Origin: Camelus dromedarius
Lineage: Eukaryota
Length of the DNA stretch: 64,000 nt
Direction of reading: 5' to 3'
Assembly (NCBI RefSeq): GCF_036321535.1
Contig: NC_087436.1
Coordinates: 45,634,001 to 45,698,000 of the forward strand
Shown here one piece after another: positions 41,689 through 56,480 of this stretch; position 1 is the first letter of the stretch, and the number at the start of each line of letters is the position of its first letter. A program made the position numbers and the translations under genes. Under the pieces are notes generated by a model. It was given only the letters and a program-made list of their open reading frames with translations. It had not been told where the DNA came from and searched no databases.

Positions 41689-41833
41689 GTGCAGGCAGAG
41701 TGGTTGATTAGTTCAAGATAAGTACACACACCACCGTTGAGACAGTACCCATGATAGGATGGCGGACATTTGCGGTACACACTTCTCACAGAATAGGGGC
41801 CATCCTCCCTGAGGTAAGACACCGGAGTAGAGT
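41689..41833 (-). CDS. EGF: EGF exon 20 (145 nt; linker and residues 1-32 of mature EGF)
   Basis: tcctag|(D)[47 protein letters not shown](T)|gtaagt. Confidence 0.96.
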
Positions 41834-43083
41834 CTAGGAGAATCAAGGCATTTCTGTTACTTTCTGAACTGATTAGGGTTTTTCAGATATCAAAAACAGG
41901 CACTAATTTCTGTGAACAATTTGTGAGATAGAACAATAGTTTCACTTTCCTAATCAGACTTTATGTCAATCACCATGAAGCCAGCCATTCCTCCTTTAGG
42001 TTCAGTATTATCTGACATAAAGCATACTGGAGGCAAGTGAGAGAATGGTCAATCCTAAAATCGTATGAATCCCAAGTCACTGGTATTATTATAAAAGCAC
42101 ATCTGTCATCCATAAACACACACCACGTAAAACAAGTTAGCTTTAAGGTCTTGCTGAACTACAGTATCTTTTTACGGCTTATGTATAAACCACTCACCAC
42201 TACAGAGGCTACTACCCCAGTTTCCTGGGAGTCTCAAAAATTTCTCCTACACAATACTTTCTTCTAAAAATGATTTAACTTTCAGGGGAACCCTCAAAGA
42301 CAAGAGTAGCAACTTTGACAAAAAGGAAATGTTACAATAACAGAGGGGAATGCCAAAATGGTAACATCCCTTTTATTGAATGGTTCACTGCTCTTTAAAA
42401 GGAAAACATTAGGGTGTGTAGCTGACTATGTAAGTATTAGCAGTCTTCCAAGGCCTTTAAGAAGAGCAAGTTGTTTTAGAAAATAATGTGCTAAAAAAGC
42501 AGAGACCCAAGCGAGTGCAGAACTTTCCTTCCTTAGGATGCTTTCTGCTTGCAGAGCTGAGTCAGGTAACTAGCTGGCAGTGACAGGGAGAGAGCCCCTG
42601 ATCCTGGCTTCCAGGGTCTATAGAGCCAGCTCCCCTTCCCAGGTGCTGATGGTGAGCAGACACTGCTGTTATGGGGATAGGGTTCAGGAAGCAGGAATTG
42701 ACCATTATTAGCATTTGAAAAATTTCTAATTCAGATCGAGAAATACTGACTTTCTAAAATCCTAGAAAGTGATTCAAAATGCTAACAGTCCAGACATCCT
42801 CCCAACCTGTCTAGCCCTGCAGAGTTTTTCCAGCAGCCCCAGAAATCAACATTACAAATCAGGACATTAGCTGCAGAGTTAAAGAGAATCACCTGTGTTC
42901 CTACCTTTATTGAACTGTGAGCAATTAAAAAGGATTTATTCCAGATGCTATTAAATTATGAACACTTGGATTATTTCACATTCTCAACCCCAGTATCAAT
43001 CTAATCAGGGAAGTAAACTCACCACCAGCCTGACTGAACCAAATGATTTCTAGAAGCTCTAATGGAAATACACTTGGGTATCA

Positions 43084-43299
<216 letters not shown>

Positions 43300-43862
43300 T
43301 CACATCACTGGAAAATCCAATATTCCGCAAGGGGAGCATTTTCAACTTCTTTCATGCTACATGCTCTCAGAGCTCTATACATTTTTAAATCCAAAAATTC
43401 TATCATAAATGTTGGAGAAAGAGATGAGCTGGGTCCCTCAGCTTCAGACCCATGCAAGTAAACTTCTGACGTAAGGCTGGAAGTTCTCCTGTTGCTTGGA
43501 AGGAAAGGACACTTCCCAGCACAAGTACCTCAGTGGGAAAGTTGGAGATTGATAAACTATCTCCAGGCAAACATTTAGAAGTTCAGATCATATCAAATAT
43601 AGCACTTGTACCTTTTTTAATAAATATAAAGAAAGTCATTACTTCACCAACTATTCACCTTTTCTCTTCTCAGGTACCATCACCCTAACATTTAGATCCT
43701 CCCTCTCATCTGTTTTCCAAGGTTTTAAGAGCAGCCTTACTACATTCCCTACACCCTACCTCTCCTCCACTCTACTCCTCACCACCAGTGCCAGATTAAT
43801 TTTCCTAAACCACATCTTCCATCACTGCACCCTTGACTCAAATGCTGCTAGTGTTTGTTGCC

Positions 43863-44187
43863 CAGAGTCATAATGCCCGATAGGGCAGCCATCGCCACAT
43901 GTGAGTTCTGAGCACCTGCACTGCAGCTAGCCCACACTGAAATGTGCTGTAAGTGCAAAAACATGCCAGATTTTGAAGATGAAGTACTGACATATGAAAG
44001 AAGGTAAAATATCTCAATAATTTTTATATTTATTATGCACATTAAAATAGTATGTTGGATATACTGAGTTAAATAAAATATTATTAAAATTAATTTCCCC
44101 TGTCTCTTTTTACTTTTTGTAATGTGGCTACTAGAAAATTTTAAGTCACATATATGACTGACATTAGATTTCCACTAGACAGTGCTG
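43863..44187. mobile_element. MER33-like hAT-Charlie MITE
   Basis: 'gcagccatcgccacatgtg...tgaaatgtgctgtaagtgcaaaa...aatgtggctactagaaaatttt...gacagtgctg', ~325 bp. Confidence 0.8.
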
Positions 44188-44242
44188 GTCTAGAGAAGTA
44201 AAACCCCAATGACTGACCCTCAGATTCATAACCCAACCTATC

Positions 44243-44640
44243 TGTTATGGATTGAATTGTATTCCCCCCAAATTCATATATCAAAGCCCTGACTCTCCAT
44301 GTGACTGTATTTGGAGATAGGACCTATAAGGAAGCAATTAAGGTTAGATGCAGTCAGAAGAGTGGGACCCTAATCCAATAGTACTGATGTCCTTAAGAGG
44401 AAGAAATACCAGAGATATCTCTTTCTCTTTCTCCCCACGGATCACAGAGCAAAGGCCACATGACTGTGGAGCAAGAAGGTGGCTATCTGCAAGTCAGGCA
44501 GATCCTCACCAGGAACCAAATCTGCCAGTATCTTAACCTGGGACTTCCAGCTTCCAGAACTCTGAAAAGTTACATTTCAGTTGTTTAGACCACCCAGTCT
44601 ACACAGCATTTTATATGGCAGCCTGAGCAGACTAAACACA
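44243..44640 (+). mobile_element. MaLR solo LTR (MLT1A/B or MST-like)
   Basis: TG...CA ends: 'tgttatggattgaattgtattccccccaaattcata...tggcagcctgagcagactaaacaca'. Confidence 0.88.
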
Positions 44641-44940
44641 GCCTTGCCAACTTCAGTTTCTGTTCTCCCTCACACACAATCTACACTCAGTGCTCAATTA
44701 GGCTATTCTCTACCCCCAAATAACACCTGTGATGTGTTCATAGCTGAAATGCTCCCTACTCCTTCACATTTCTGCCTGATAAAAATGTACTCATGCCCCC
44801 AAGTCTATGCAAAATGATACTTCCTCCACGAAGTCTTTCCCAATACTGCAAACAGACATTTCTACCAGTTCTGAACTTCCATTTAATTTTCGCTACTCTT
44901 ATGATGCGTACTTTTCTTCACCAATTATCACACCTGCAGT

Positions 44941-47313
44941 TATTTTTATTTTTACTTTTATTTTATAACATTCTTGTATTGAGTTAGTCATTTTACAATG
45001 TTGTGTCAAATTCCAGTGTAGAGCACAAGTTTTCAGTTATACATGAACATACATATATTCATTGTCACATTTTTTTTGCTATGAGCTATCACAAGATCTT
45101 GTATATATTTCCCTGTGCTATACAGTATAATCTTGTCTATCTATTCTGCATATGCCTGTCAGTATCTACAGATTTTGAAATCCCATTCTGTCCTTTCCCA
45201 TGCCCCGCCCCCTTGGCAACCACAAGTTTGTATTCTATGTCTATGAGTCTGTTTGTTTTGTATTTATGGTTTTTTTTTTTTTTTTTAGATTCCACATATG
45301 AGTGATCTCATATGGTATTTTTCTTTCTCTTTCTGGCTTACTTCACTTACAATGACATTCTCCAGGGACATCCATGTTGCTGCAAATGGTGTTATGTTGT
45401 CATTTTTATGGCTGAATAGTATTCCATTGTATAAGTATACCACTTCTTCTTTATCCAGTCATCTGTTGATGGACAGTTAGGCTGTTTCCATGTCTTGGCT
45501 ATTGTAAATAGTGCTGCTATGAACATTTGGGTGCAGGTGTCTTTTTGAAGTAGGGTTCCTTCTGGATATATGCCCAGGAGTGGGATTACAGGGTCATATG
45601 GTAAGTCTATGCCTAGTCTTTTGAGGAATCTCCATACTGTTTTCCACAGTGCTGCACCAAATTGCATTACCACCAGCAGTGTAGGAGGGTTCCCTTTTCT
45701 CCACAGCCTCTCCAGCATTTGTCATTTATGGACTTTCGAATGACGGACATTCTGACTGGTGTGAGGTGATACCTCATTGTAGTTTTGATTTGCATTTCTC
45801 TGATAATTAGTGATATTGAGCATTTTTTCATGTGCTTGTTGATCATTTGTATTTCTTCCTTGGAGAATTGCCTGTTTAGGTATTCTGCCCATTTTTGGAT
45901 TGGGCTGTTTGTTTTTTTCTTATTAAGTCATATGAGCTGCTTATATATTCTGGAGATCAAGCCTTTGTCAGTTTCATCGTTTGCAAAAATTTTCTCCCAT
46001 TCCATAGGTTGTCGTTTTGTTTTACTTTTGGTTTCCTTGCTGTGCAGAAGCTTGTAAGTTTTATTAGGTCCCATTTGTTTATTCTTGCTTTTATTTCTAT
46101 TGCTTGGGTAAACTGCCCTAGGAGAACATTTTTGAGATGTATGTCAGATAATGTTTTGCCTATATTTTCTTCTAGGAGGTTTATTATATCTTTCTTATGT
46201 TTAAGTCTTTGATCCATTTTGAGTTTATTTTTGTGTATGGTGTAAGGGAGTGCTCTAGCTTCGTTGATTTACATGCTGCTGTCCAGTTTTCCCAACACCA
46301 TTTGCTGAAGAGACTGTCTTTATTCCATTGTATATTCTTGCCTCCTTTGTCGAAGATTAGTTGACCAAAAGTTTGTGGGTTCATTTCTGGGCTCTCTATT
46401 CTGTTCCATTGGTCTATATGTCTGTTTTTGTACGAATATCATGCTGTCTTGATGACTGTAGCTCTATAGTATTGTCTGAAGTCTGGGAGAGTTATTCCTC
46501 CAGCCTCTTTCTCTTCAGTAATGCTTTGACAATTCTAGGTCTTTTGTGGCTCCATATAAATTTTATTATGATTTGTTCTAGTTCTGTGAAATATGTCCTG
46601 GGTAATTGGATAGGGATTGCATTAAATCTGTAGATTGCCTTGGGCATTGTGACCATTTCAACAATATTGATTCTTCCAATCCAGGAGCATGGGATACCTT
46701 TCCATTTTTTTTAAGTCTTCTTTAATTTCCTTCATCAATGGTTTATAGTTTTCTGTGTATGTCTTTCACCTCCTTGGTTAGATTTATTCCTAGCTATTTT
46801 ATTACTTTGGGTGCTATTTTAAAGGGGACTGTTTATTTACTTTCTTTTTCTGTTGATTCATCGTTAGTGTAAAGAAATGCAACTGATTTATTAATGTTAA
46901 TCTTGTAACCTGCTACCTTGATGAATTCTTCGATTAGTTCTAATAGTTTTTGTGCGGACCTTTTAGGGTTTTCTATATATAGTATCATATCATCTGCATA
47001 CAGTGACACTGTTATCTCTTCTTTTCCAATTTGGATCCCTTTTATTTCTCTCTTGCCTGATTGCTGTGGCTAGGACTCCCAAGACTATGTTGAATAGGAG
47101 TGGTGATAGTGGGCATCCTTGTCTTGGCCCAGATTTTAGTGGGAAGCTTTTGAGTTTTTCATCGTTGAGTACTGTGCTGGCTGTAGGTTTGTCATATATA
47201 GCTTTTATTATGTTGAGATATGTTCCCTCTATATCCACTTTGGTGAGAGTTTTTATCATAAATGGGTGTTGAATTTTATCAAATGCTTTTTCTGCATCTA
47301 TTGAGATGATCAT
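44941..47313 (-). mobile_element. Relatively young lineage-specific LINE-1, 5'-truncated (~2.4 kb), in EGF intron 18, same strand as EGF
   Basis: ORF2 pieces [21 protein letters not shown]...[58 protein letters not shown]; complete 3'UTR and decayed A-tail; imperfect TSD cacctgcagtta / cagctgcatttc. Confidence 0.97.
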
Positions 47314-48865
47314 ACAGCTGCATTTCTTTTACATCATATTCTTGTAAGCAAGAACAGCCTTATCATTTTGGTATTCCTCACAGATCCTAGTACTACATCT
47401 TTGCACTAACAGGGGCCAGTTAAATATCTGTCACAATGAATCACTATCTGGAATAGCCCAAATGGAGTATTCTTTTTTTTTTTAACCGACATCCTATTGT
47501 AATCTCTATGAAATATCACCTTGAGAATGAGAGAGAGCTTTTCAAGAAGCAAAAACAAAGATGTACTCTCAGCCAAGAAATATAACTACTCTTAAGAACA
47601 GCAATAACAATTTTAAACAGCACTTATTATGTGCCAGGCGTGGGTCAAAGCACGGTATCTACATATATACTTGGAAGCAGAGGGACAGCATGGAGAACAA
47701 GGACAAGTCCAGTGCTTCCATGTGGCCTGAGGACTCCATGCCAGGCAGGCAGGCTGGGCCACGATACCTTGCTGCATGGAAGGAGGTGCGTTAGTAACAG
47801 AGTGAGAATTCAGAGTATGGTCAGTTTAAACATCCAAGAAAGTACACCTTCCTTTCTCTTCAAAGTAAATGAAATACAAAGCCTATTTGTCTAAATTATC
47901 TATGAGCCTGCTTAATTAGAGCAGTGACATTTTCCTGACTGACAGCCAAATATGTACTTAAAGGAGCATTTACAGATTTCTGTGGACTCCACAAAACTAA
48001 TCTGATAAAGGTCTGATTTAAACCATCAGATCCAGAGAATTGCTAGTTATGACTGATATTTCATCTTCAACCTCAACATGTGGTAGAAAGCAATGCCATT
48101 TTAGTTTTTTATCAGGGCACCTGCCCCTCACCATGAAAAGATTTTTGTTTTCAGAAGGAAAAGAAAATACTGAAAGAGACATTTTAAAGCCCTATAAAAC
48201 CTGACATAACTATTTCACTGGGCCATGATGGCTTCAGGCAGGTCTTCACTTGTATAGCGATGCTGTCCTACTGACACCTGGAATGGTACATGACATTCAC
48301 TCAGTGAACTCCCAACCCAACAAGTCACACCCAGACCTTGGCAGAGGATGGTGATCATGAAAGAGCTCTTAATCATACCTTGCTTATATCTAAATGCCAG
48401 TGGCTTGAACTTATCAAGAGCCAGCTGGTGAGCCCTTTCACAAAACCATACCTCCTTTCCTTCACACACAGCAGTGGCTTCCAACAAACCTACACCAGCT
48501 CTGCAGTTCACCACAGTTCAATTGCCAGATTCAGTGAAAAGTAAATGCTGTCCAATTCCCCCCGTGATGGCTCCAGGCATGGAGTACTGATGAAGCACTG
48601 ATGTCACTCAGCTCTCAGAGAAAGAATTAGAAAGGCGGAGGGGAAAACAGCCTCTGAGGGGTTCTGAAGCTGACTAGTGTGCTCATAGCAAAAGGACATG
48701 AACTTGACTATTTACCAAGAACTGCAATATATCAGTTTGAACAGATCACACAACTCCTCTTTTAGTCTGAACATGTGTGTCACCCCAATTATATCCTGTC
48801 TTTTCTCAGCCCACCACACCCAATGTTCTTTGATTCTCTAAGGCCTGCTTCACCCATCTCCCTCA

Positions 48866-49027
<162 letters not shown>

Positions 49028-49565
49028 CTAGTGAAATATGCAGGGAATCCTGGTATAAATGAAATTGTAGTAAAGAATAGTGTAATCTCACATATGATCA
49101 TTCAGCTATTTATAGGTATAATTTGCAAATGTAATGCAAACCCTGCATCTTGGACATAAAGTTCCCTTATGAATTAATTTCTACAGATTTCTTGGTGTTC
49201 GATTAGTTAAGTATGTGTAAATGAATCACTTTGTTGCCAGAGTTTCAGACCATAAGAACTGAGATTTTTACAGTAATGGCTATCAATACAAAATAGAAAC
49301 CCATCCAGCAAGACCTATTTAATAAACTAAAACTTACGACCTAAGCTTTTGGGGGAAAAATGTATTTTTATTGGAATTGGGGAGTTTATAAATTTGACTT
49401 GAACTCAAATTCATGCTTCTGAAGCTAATTATAAATTCTCCTTAATGTCAATTGCATATATTATGAAATTTTAATATAAACTCAATATAACAATATATGT
49501 TTCATATTTTCTATACATACATCCATTAACTTTTTAGATAATATCAAATAATTTATTCAACCCTA

Positions 49566-49844
<279 letters not shown>

Positions 49845-52800
49845 TTAATGTTTTGGTTCTACAGAACATCCCAGTACTTCCTTTCCCAAGTTCTGGAACA
49901 GGTTAACCTCCAAACAGAAACACTTTATTGACCTGTAAACTATATCTGTATTAAAGGATCCACAAGCCATATGTTTCTATTTACATGCTCTCAACAAATC
50001 TAGTCTTAAAGAAGTGTGTGGTATTCAAAGACCCCTAAGTGAACTTATTTATAATTTTTTAAACAATTTGAAAATTTGAAATACAAAATTTCTCAAAGTA
50101 AATGAACTCAAATTTCAAAAATTTTATTGCCTATTTGAAAATTCCCAACCATCATGACATACGAAAGAGGTCAATATATTTTTATCCCGCAAAGACACAC
50201 AAACTAATATGGAGCAAGTAGATCTGTGTACCAACATGGCAAAGAGATTTAATTATGAAAAGATTTATCATCAACTTACTAAAGTTATGTTTCATATATA
50301 ATAGAAAATGTATGTCAAAATTCATGATTATCAAGACTTATGCAGTGACTTGCAAACCTCAAGGCACTTTTACAGAGTCACGAACCATAAAAACTAAATG
50401 CTATAAATGGATCATTTCATTTCATACCCCACTGAAATGCATATGCCTCAGGGGATGGAGCTGCATATTGAGCCATTAACATGAGCAAGTTTTTTTTTTT
50501 CCTTTAATTACTTAAGTATATAGTCATTCTTCAAATGACTCCTCCCTGTTGGAGTTGGAGTATCTGACATACCACAGTAAGATATAAACTATTTTCTGCC
50601 TTTCCACTGCTAAGTTTGCTCATCTGAGTACAGAAGAAGTCAAGAAGCCCTCCAAAGTTGCCCATAAATTAAAGAAAGTTAAATGATCTAAGTAGTATCT
50701 AGGTGTCATGTGAATGCAGACATCCGGTAATTGCATTTGATTTGCTTAGCTTTTAGAGCAAGAAGATTTCTCCTGTGGGAACACATACCCTTCATGCTTG
50801 CTTGATCACCTCCTGTCACTCATGACTCTTCGAGATGGATAAGTTCAGACTAAATCAGTTATCCATTTGATGTGGCATTTATTTGGAAGACTAGCTCCCA
50901 AATCACAAGGCTGTTCAGAGTGTATGGTGGACAGTATCCAGTTACCCAAGACTTTTAAATCACTTGCAGAATTATTTCAAATTAGAATATGAGTCAGGAT
51001 TTATTTGGTAACTTGCAAACCCCAAGGCAGCTTTGCATAATGAAAAGCAATGGATGTGTATCTGCAGGAGGGATGGGCCGTAGTCAAAGTTCTTTCTGCC
51101 ACAAACCAGCTCCAGAAGGAAGGAATGTCTTGTTTCACATGCCTCCTCCCTAAAACACAGGTTGACAGTTTCTGTCTAGTCTACTTCACATGATTGCTTT
51201 AAGAACTTGAAGAAAAAGTGACTTAAAAAAAGTCTTTTGAGAATTATAAATTATTATACATATTTAGATAAGGATGATAAAGAAGAGTATTCAGGTGACA
51301 GCCTGAATCAGAATTAGCCTTATCCCACTAGAACACTCTGGGGTCTGTTAGTAAAACTAGTAAAATTAATTCATTCAGAGGTACCTATTATATGCCAGAT
51401 CGTAATGAGGGCCAAAATTATTGTGGTGGAAAATACAAAGGCTCTGCTTTCTACATGATTAATTACTTAAGTATAATAAGCACAAGCAAGAAACAGTTCA
51501 GGGTTCCTAGAGAACTGAAACAGCTCTCACCTCACCTGGTCAGGAGGATAGGAAAAGCTTTCTGAGAAAGTGCACATTAAGCTGAGATCTGAAGGATACA
51601 CAAGACTTGGAGGGGAGCGGGTAAAAAGGGCACTGTGGGCCGAGCAAACACCACTAGCATGTTACAGGCAAGGCCAGTGTAGTTAAATCAGGCCACAGAA
51701 AGCTGGGGACAGAAGGGCACAAATGGAGGCCGGTGAGTTGGATTCAGGCTAGTTTCTCCAGGGCTCAACATGCTACATTAAGAATTTTACATTTTATTCA
51801 TGAATTTAGAAAAACTCATGATTTTAGTAAACTTGACAATGAGACTTTATGATTGAATCACTTTGCTATGTTGTATACAGATCTACTTGCCACATATCAC
51901 TCTGTGTATCTCTGGGGAATAAAAATACATTGACCTAAAATCTGATATAAAGTTTTCAAACTTATTAGCATAGATGCTTGTTTGGAATGAAATCTCACTG
52001 CAAAACATAAATAAGACCCCAACTTAGCCTAACACAGGCAGAACTAAAACTCTACAGACTAAGACAAAATAGATCGCAATCCAGGGAGGGAAAGATGTAA
52101 TTTTCATCAAGGCAGTCAGTTTCATTTATTCTGCACAAGGCAAAGTACAATCTCCAGGTACGAAGCCAAACACAGCCTATTACATATGTATCCCAAATCT
52201 TTGGCCATTCAATCACTCCCCCATCCCACCCATGTGGCCTAAGTTACTATCTGTCATTCATCTTGGTCTTGGGAGTCCCTCAAACATTAGTCTTTCAAAA
52301 TATGCTCTATGAGCCTCTAAGGATGCCTAGTGACTTTGAAAAGGTTCCCTATACTGCTAACATTTATTATGTATATTATTGTATTCTATCACATTGTTTG
52401 TCTCCACATCAGACTGCGACCTTGGAGACTGGAGCTATATTCAGCTCATCACGGCACCCCCAGAACTTAGCACAAACTATGGCAGATAAACAGTCACCAA
52501 ATGAGTAACATTCTTTACATGATAATGTTTCCAGTACTTCTTTCCTTGAATTGAATTATTTGGTTATAATTTTCAAAATCTTTGGTCAAGTCACTAACTT
52601 AATATATCTTAGTCTCAGTTTTCAAAACTGTGAAATGATGAGGATCAAATTAGAGGATATATTTAAAGGACCTGGTAAACTCTAAAGCTCCATACACATC
52701 ATTATTACTACAAATATCCACCTCTTTGTATTTAATCAAAAATCACACCAATAAATTCCTGTAAGGAGGGGTAAGAGGTCCCAGGGTTTTGTACTCTGCC

Positions 52801-53498
52801 AACCACAAAAGCTGGACGAGCACTTTGTTAAGTGTATACAGTGTCCTGATGTGGAGTTCTCAAACTTATTTTTAGCCATATACAGTGTTAAAATTAAATC
52901 TTACTCAGAATATAAATAAGTATTAAGTGTTTAAAAGCAGACCTGCACTGATTGAAAGGCAGAGACCTAGTGTGAAGAAGGAGTGGGGTTTGCAGACGCT
53001 CTAGGGCTGAGCTAAGCCCAGTTTGAAGACCACTGGTTTCATGAATGAATACGGAATATAAAAGAATTAGGTGCCCTAAAGTTGTTATATACTGAATAAA
53101 TTATTTAGCATTTTGGTGATAAATGATCTATAAAGAAGAAAAAATTCTAACACTTGCTGTTTGTGGACTTTCTGGAGCAGCTGAAGTGACCAACCTATAT
53201 TTGTTTATCAATTACCATCTGCTTGTCACACTGATGGAAGTAAAGCTAAATGGGCCAAATACCAAAAACACTAGGTGTGGATGGGGATACACTCAAATCT
53301 ATTCTGGCCTATTTTTCCTCTTTGTTTTCAAGTTCAACTTCTTCAAGGAAGTTTCAGTCCAAAAACTCTCAATGAGTAAAGATCATGTTCAGTCTAATAT
53401 GCAGCCATCTTTCTCAGGCAAACTATTCAGAAGAGAAAGACCAAAGTTTGAGTCCAAAGTTTGGCCTCACTAGGTTTGTGCAGACTTAGTCAACATTA

Positions 53499-53711
<213 letters not shown>

Positions 53712-54236
53712 TCAACAGACACAATTAATTTACCTTCTGTGATTCAAGAAAAGTTTGAGTTAATTTATATTTATGGCCGTTTGTTGGTTGTGAGTTCAGA
53801 CTCATGCTTACAGTAGGAGGACTCAAAGAAGCTGATAGGGTTTGGTGACTCAGAAAAACCTTCCCTGCTATACTATACCCTCTCAGCTTCACTCTGTGCA
53901 CTTGATGATTGAGGGTTGGGGGAGCAAGGAGGGAAGGAAGACAGGACTCGTTTAGGTACTGGCAAAAAACCAATAAAGGTACAATACCAAAAGCCTTATG
54001 AACATAATCCACTCATAATCACAGTCCATCATTACTAAGGACAACTTAGTGAGATGATCTCCCCAAGCTGCCTTTCACATACACTCCTCCTCCTTTAGGC
54101 TGCTTTCAACATTTATTTTAGCCTGATTTAACTTGTATTTAGAAATGCAGAAGGGCATTAAACAACCATAATTTAACATAACCATGGGACCCATGCAATT
54201 TTCAAGAATATGGGAGAAATGGATCCCCTAAAACAC

Positions 54237-55648
54237 CACGTATTCTCTAAGCATGGTCCATGGATCCCTGGGTCTCACTGCCCAGAGTCTATAAGGTCAA
54301 AACTACTTTCATAAAAGGCAAATAACTGTATCATTATTTTCACTGTGTTGACACTGGTACCAATGGGGCAAAAGCAGTGATGGGTGAAGGTGTGGTGCCT
54401 TAGCTTAAACCAAGTCATGCTACTAGTGGCATGTTCTCTGCTGCGGTCTACTAGTGGTCGTGTTCTTCACTGCCACATACACACACACGCGTGCGCAAAC
54501 ACACACGCTCCAGTTTCACTTAAAAAACCCATGATGACGGAGTAAAATTGATTTTTAGAAATCTTACCCATGAGCTACTTGGCTCTTTAATATTCTGCAT
54601 AATGAAACGGGACGCACACATAAAACACTGTGTATGTACTGAGGTTATGATAGCTGTTTGGAGGAAAAGCACTTGTGAACTCTCAGAGTTGCAAGCCAAA
54701 ACTAGACTCTTTTTTTCATTGAACATGATTTTTACCTGAAAGAATGACTGATAAACTGTGTCATTAACATTTGGTGATTCAGTATTTTCTAAAAAACGAA
54801 TGGAGGGATGTTTTCACTTCAAGGAAAATAACTCACAGTGCTTGTTGACAATAATAAAATATGATCTTTCAAGTGAAAAGTAGAATTCTGGAAAATTTTC
54901 CACCACTTTGAGCTTGACAAAATCCAGATATTCAAAGGCTTTTCTAATGAATTTGATGATAAAAATTAACAAATATGATTTTATATATATTAATATGACA
55001 TTTGGAAGATCTGCATAATTCAATCAACATTTTAAAACAACTAAAACATGATGCTACAAAACCATACATGGCAAAAAATCTACTCAACAGACACAAAATA
55101 GACCACTGGATTTTAATGTAGCAGACGGCAAAAAGTCCACTGATATGGCTTCAGTTTCAACATTGCAGCTAGCTTTAAGAAACAATTACCTGTCTAGTTC
55201 TGATATAGTATCAAAAGAAGATATACAAGAAAGGCATCTGAAACGGCTACTGAACAATCCTCCCTCTTCCAACTCTATGTCTGTCTGAGACCAGATTTTC
55301 TTCACAGACTTCAACCAAAACAACACAGCAACAGACCTAACAGAGAGACAGCTGGCAGAATCGGGCTGCCCTCTATTAAGCCAGACATTAAACATATGAA
55401 TGTAAAATAATGCCATTCTTCTGACTACATACTTTTGTTTTGAAAAAAGTTATTTTATTTATTTTCATAAAAATACGTTCACATATAACAGACTATTACT
55501 GTAATTTTAATAAAGATATTAATTTCTTAGTTTTAATTTCTAATATAAATCTTGATAGATATAACCCACACAAACAAAAACCCTTAAGATTTTCAATCAT
55601 TTTTAAGAATGTAAAAAGACTCTCAAACCAAAAAGATTGAGAACTGTT
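54237..55648 (+). mobile_element. Charlie1a-like hAT DNA transposon (non-autonomous, ~1.4 kb)
   Basis: 'ggtcaaaactactttcata...ttttcactgtgttgacact...gcaaaagcagtgatgggt', 'gaggaaaagcacttgtg', terminal 'ttgagaactg'. Confidence 0.8.
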
Positions 55649-56234
55649 ATCCTAAGGCAACAATTAATAGAAAGTTCTGAAAATCCAAAATACCCAATTC
55701 TGGTCCATAGATAACTTAATCCATTTATTTGTTATCAATCTGTCACCTAACTTACACCATGCCTATCACACAAACATGAATTTTTTAAAACATCTAAAAT
55801 AAAATTTAAATTCTCTTTGGTATAAGATACCAAGAGATGAATCCAAATACACCTTAACTGTCTGGATGCACATTCAACGGAAGCAAATCAGTACTACTGG
55901 GACAGTCATGCGGCAGGGGGGTTGTAATATGACTACCTCTAAAATTGAGGCCATAAAACTTCTAAACAAAATGTCTTTGAATATTCCCTGAATTGGTAAA
56001 ATACTGATACTTATTTCCAAGGATAGGCTACTCCACCATAAATAGGGGGGCTGGAGCAATGGAACTTCAGACTTTGAATATTATCTTTTGTTCATTAATT
56101 TTACAGCCAGAGGAGAGCAATCAAATTTAGTTTGTAATAAGGAGACCAAACTTATCAGAGGGAAAAAAAAAAAACGACAGCTTGGCATCCTTAAAAGCAA
56201 GGAAGCTTTTAATAATATAAAATATTAAAAATCA

Positions 56235-56480
<246 letters not shown>

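Noticed and set aside
41683..41690. Intron-20 read-through giving a four-cysteine EGF (…AC-T-stop)
   Set aside because: The TAA is simply part of the consensus GTAAGT donor; there is no evidence of use.
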